64,000 bases of DNA from an uncultured Chloroflexia bacterium (lineage in GTDB: Bacteria; Chloroflexota; Dehalococcoidia; DSTF01; JALHUB01): positions 1,504,001-1,568,000 of the forward strand of contig OY969814.1 in NCBI GenBank assembly GCA_963703345.1, in the 5' to 3' direction. The notes below the pieces were generated by a model. That model was given only the letters and a program-made list of their open reading frames with translations. It was not told where the DNA came from and ran no database searches. Every line of letters begins with the position of its first letter. Position 1 is the first letter of the stretch. This document shows positions 63,865 to 64,000 of this stretch, piece by piece. The position numbers were made by a program, and so were the translations under genes.

Positions 63865-63985
63865 CTCTTCGGCAGCCCGGCGGCCCTAGCCCCCACCTCC
63901 CTGCCGTCGTCCCTGATAGCTATTCGGAGACCGTAGATCCGTGGCTTTGCGTCGGCCGGTTTCCCGGCCTTTGCCTTTTCGGAGC
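63865..63985 (-). promoter_or_regulatory. c-di-GMP-I (GEMM-I) riboswitch
   Basis: minus strand GGCAAA-ggccgg-GAAA-ccggcc-GACGCAAAGcc..ggatctacgg..gccgggCTGCCGAA. Confidence 0.88.
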
Positions 63986-64000
63986 GTATTCTGATTGTTG

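Noticed and set aside
63865-63985. cGAMP-specific (GEMM-Ib) riboswitch variant
   Set aside because: The discriminating position is G, not A.

Overview
High-GC bacterial chromosome segment; gene content (NrpR, DUF2298/TIGR03663-type membrane proteins, exonuclease-DinG, large SRP RNA) suggests Chloroflexota, probably Dehalococcoidia (inference). Most of it is core genome: hypA-F-C-D-E, infC-rpmI-rplT, pheST, tRNA-Lys/tRNA-Leu, oppDF-like ATPases, lepA, galU, SRP RNA, rpfB-like/rsmA/ispE, dinG, cca, rnc-smc-ftsY, mutS and mutL. Four things stand out. (1) A lower-GC three-gene operon (49338-50939) with a near-consensus promoter and an overlapping palindrome encodes two small winged-helix proteins and a wHTH/coiled-coil/PD-(D/E)xK-like nuclease; this is the best candidate for an undescribed system. 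(2) Two tandem paralogous mucin-like Thr/Pro surface proteins carry LPxxG anchors; one sits behind an intact c-di-GMP-I riboswitch, the other behind a half-deleted copy. (3) A GT-C/flippase/oxidoreductase cluster could glycosylate such proteins. (4) A dispersed GTAG-type REP family is present, and one copy supplies the mutS stop codon. All family calls come from motif recognition by eye; no searches were run.
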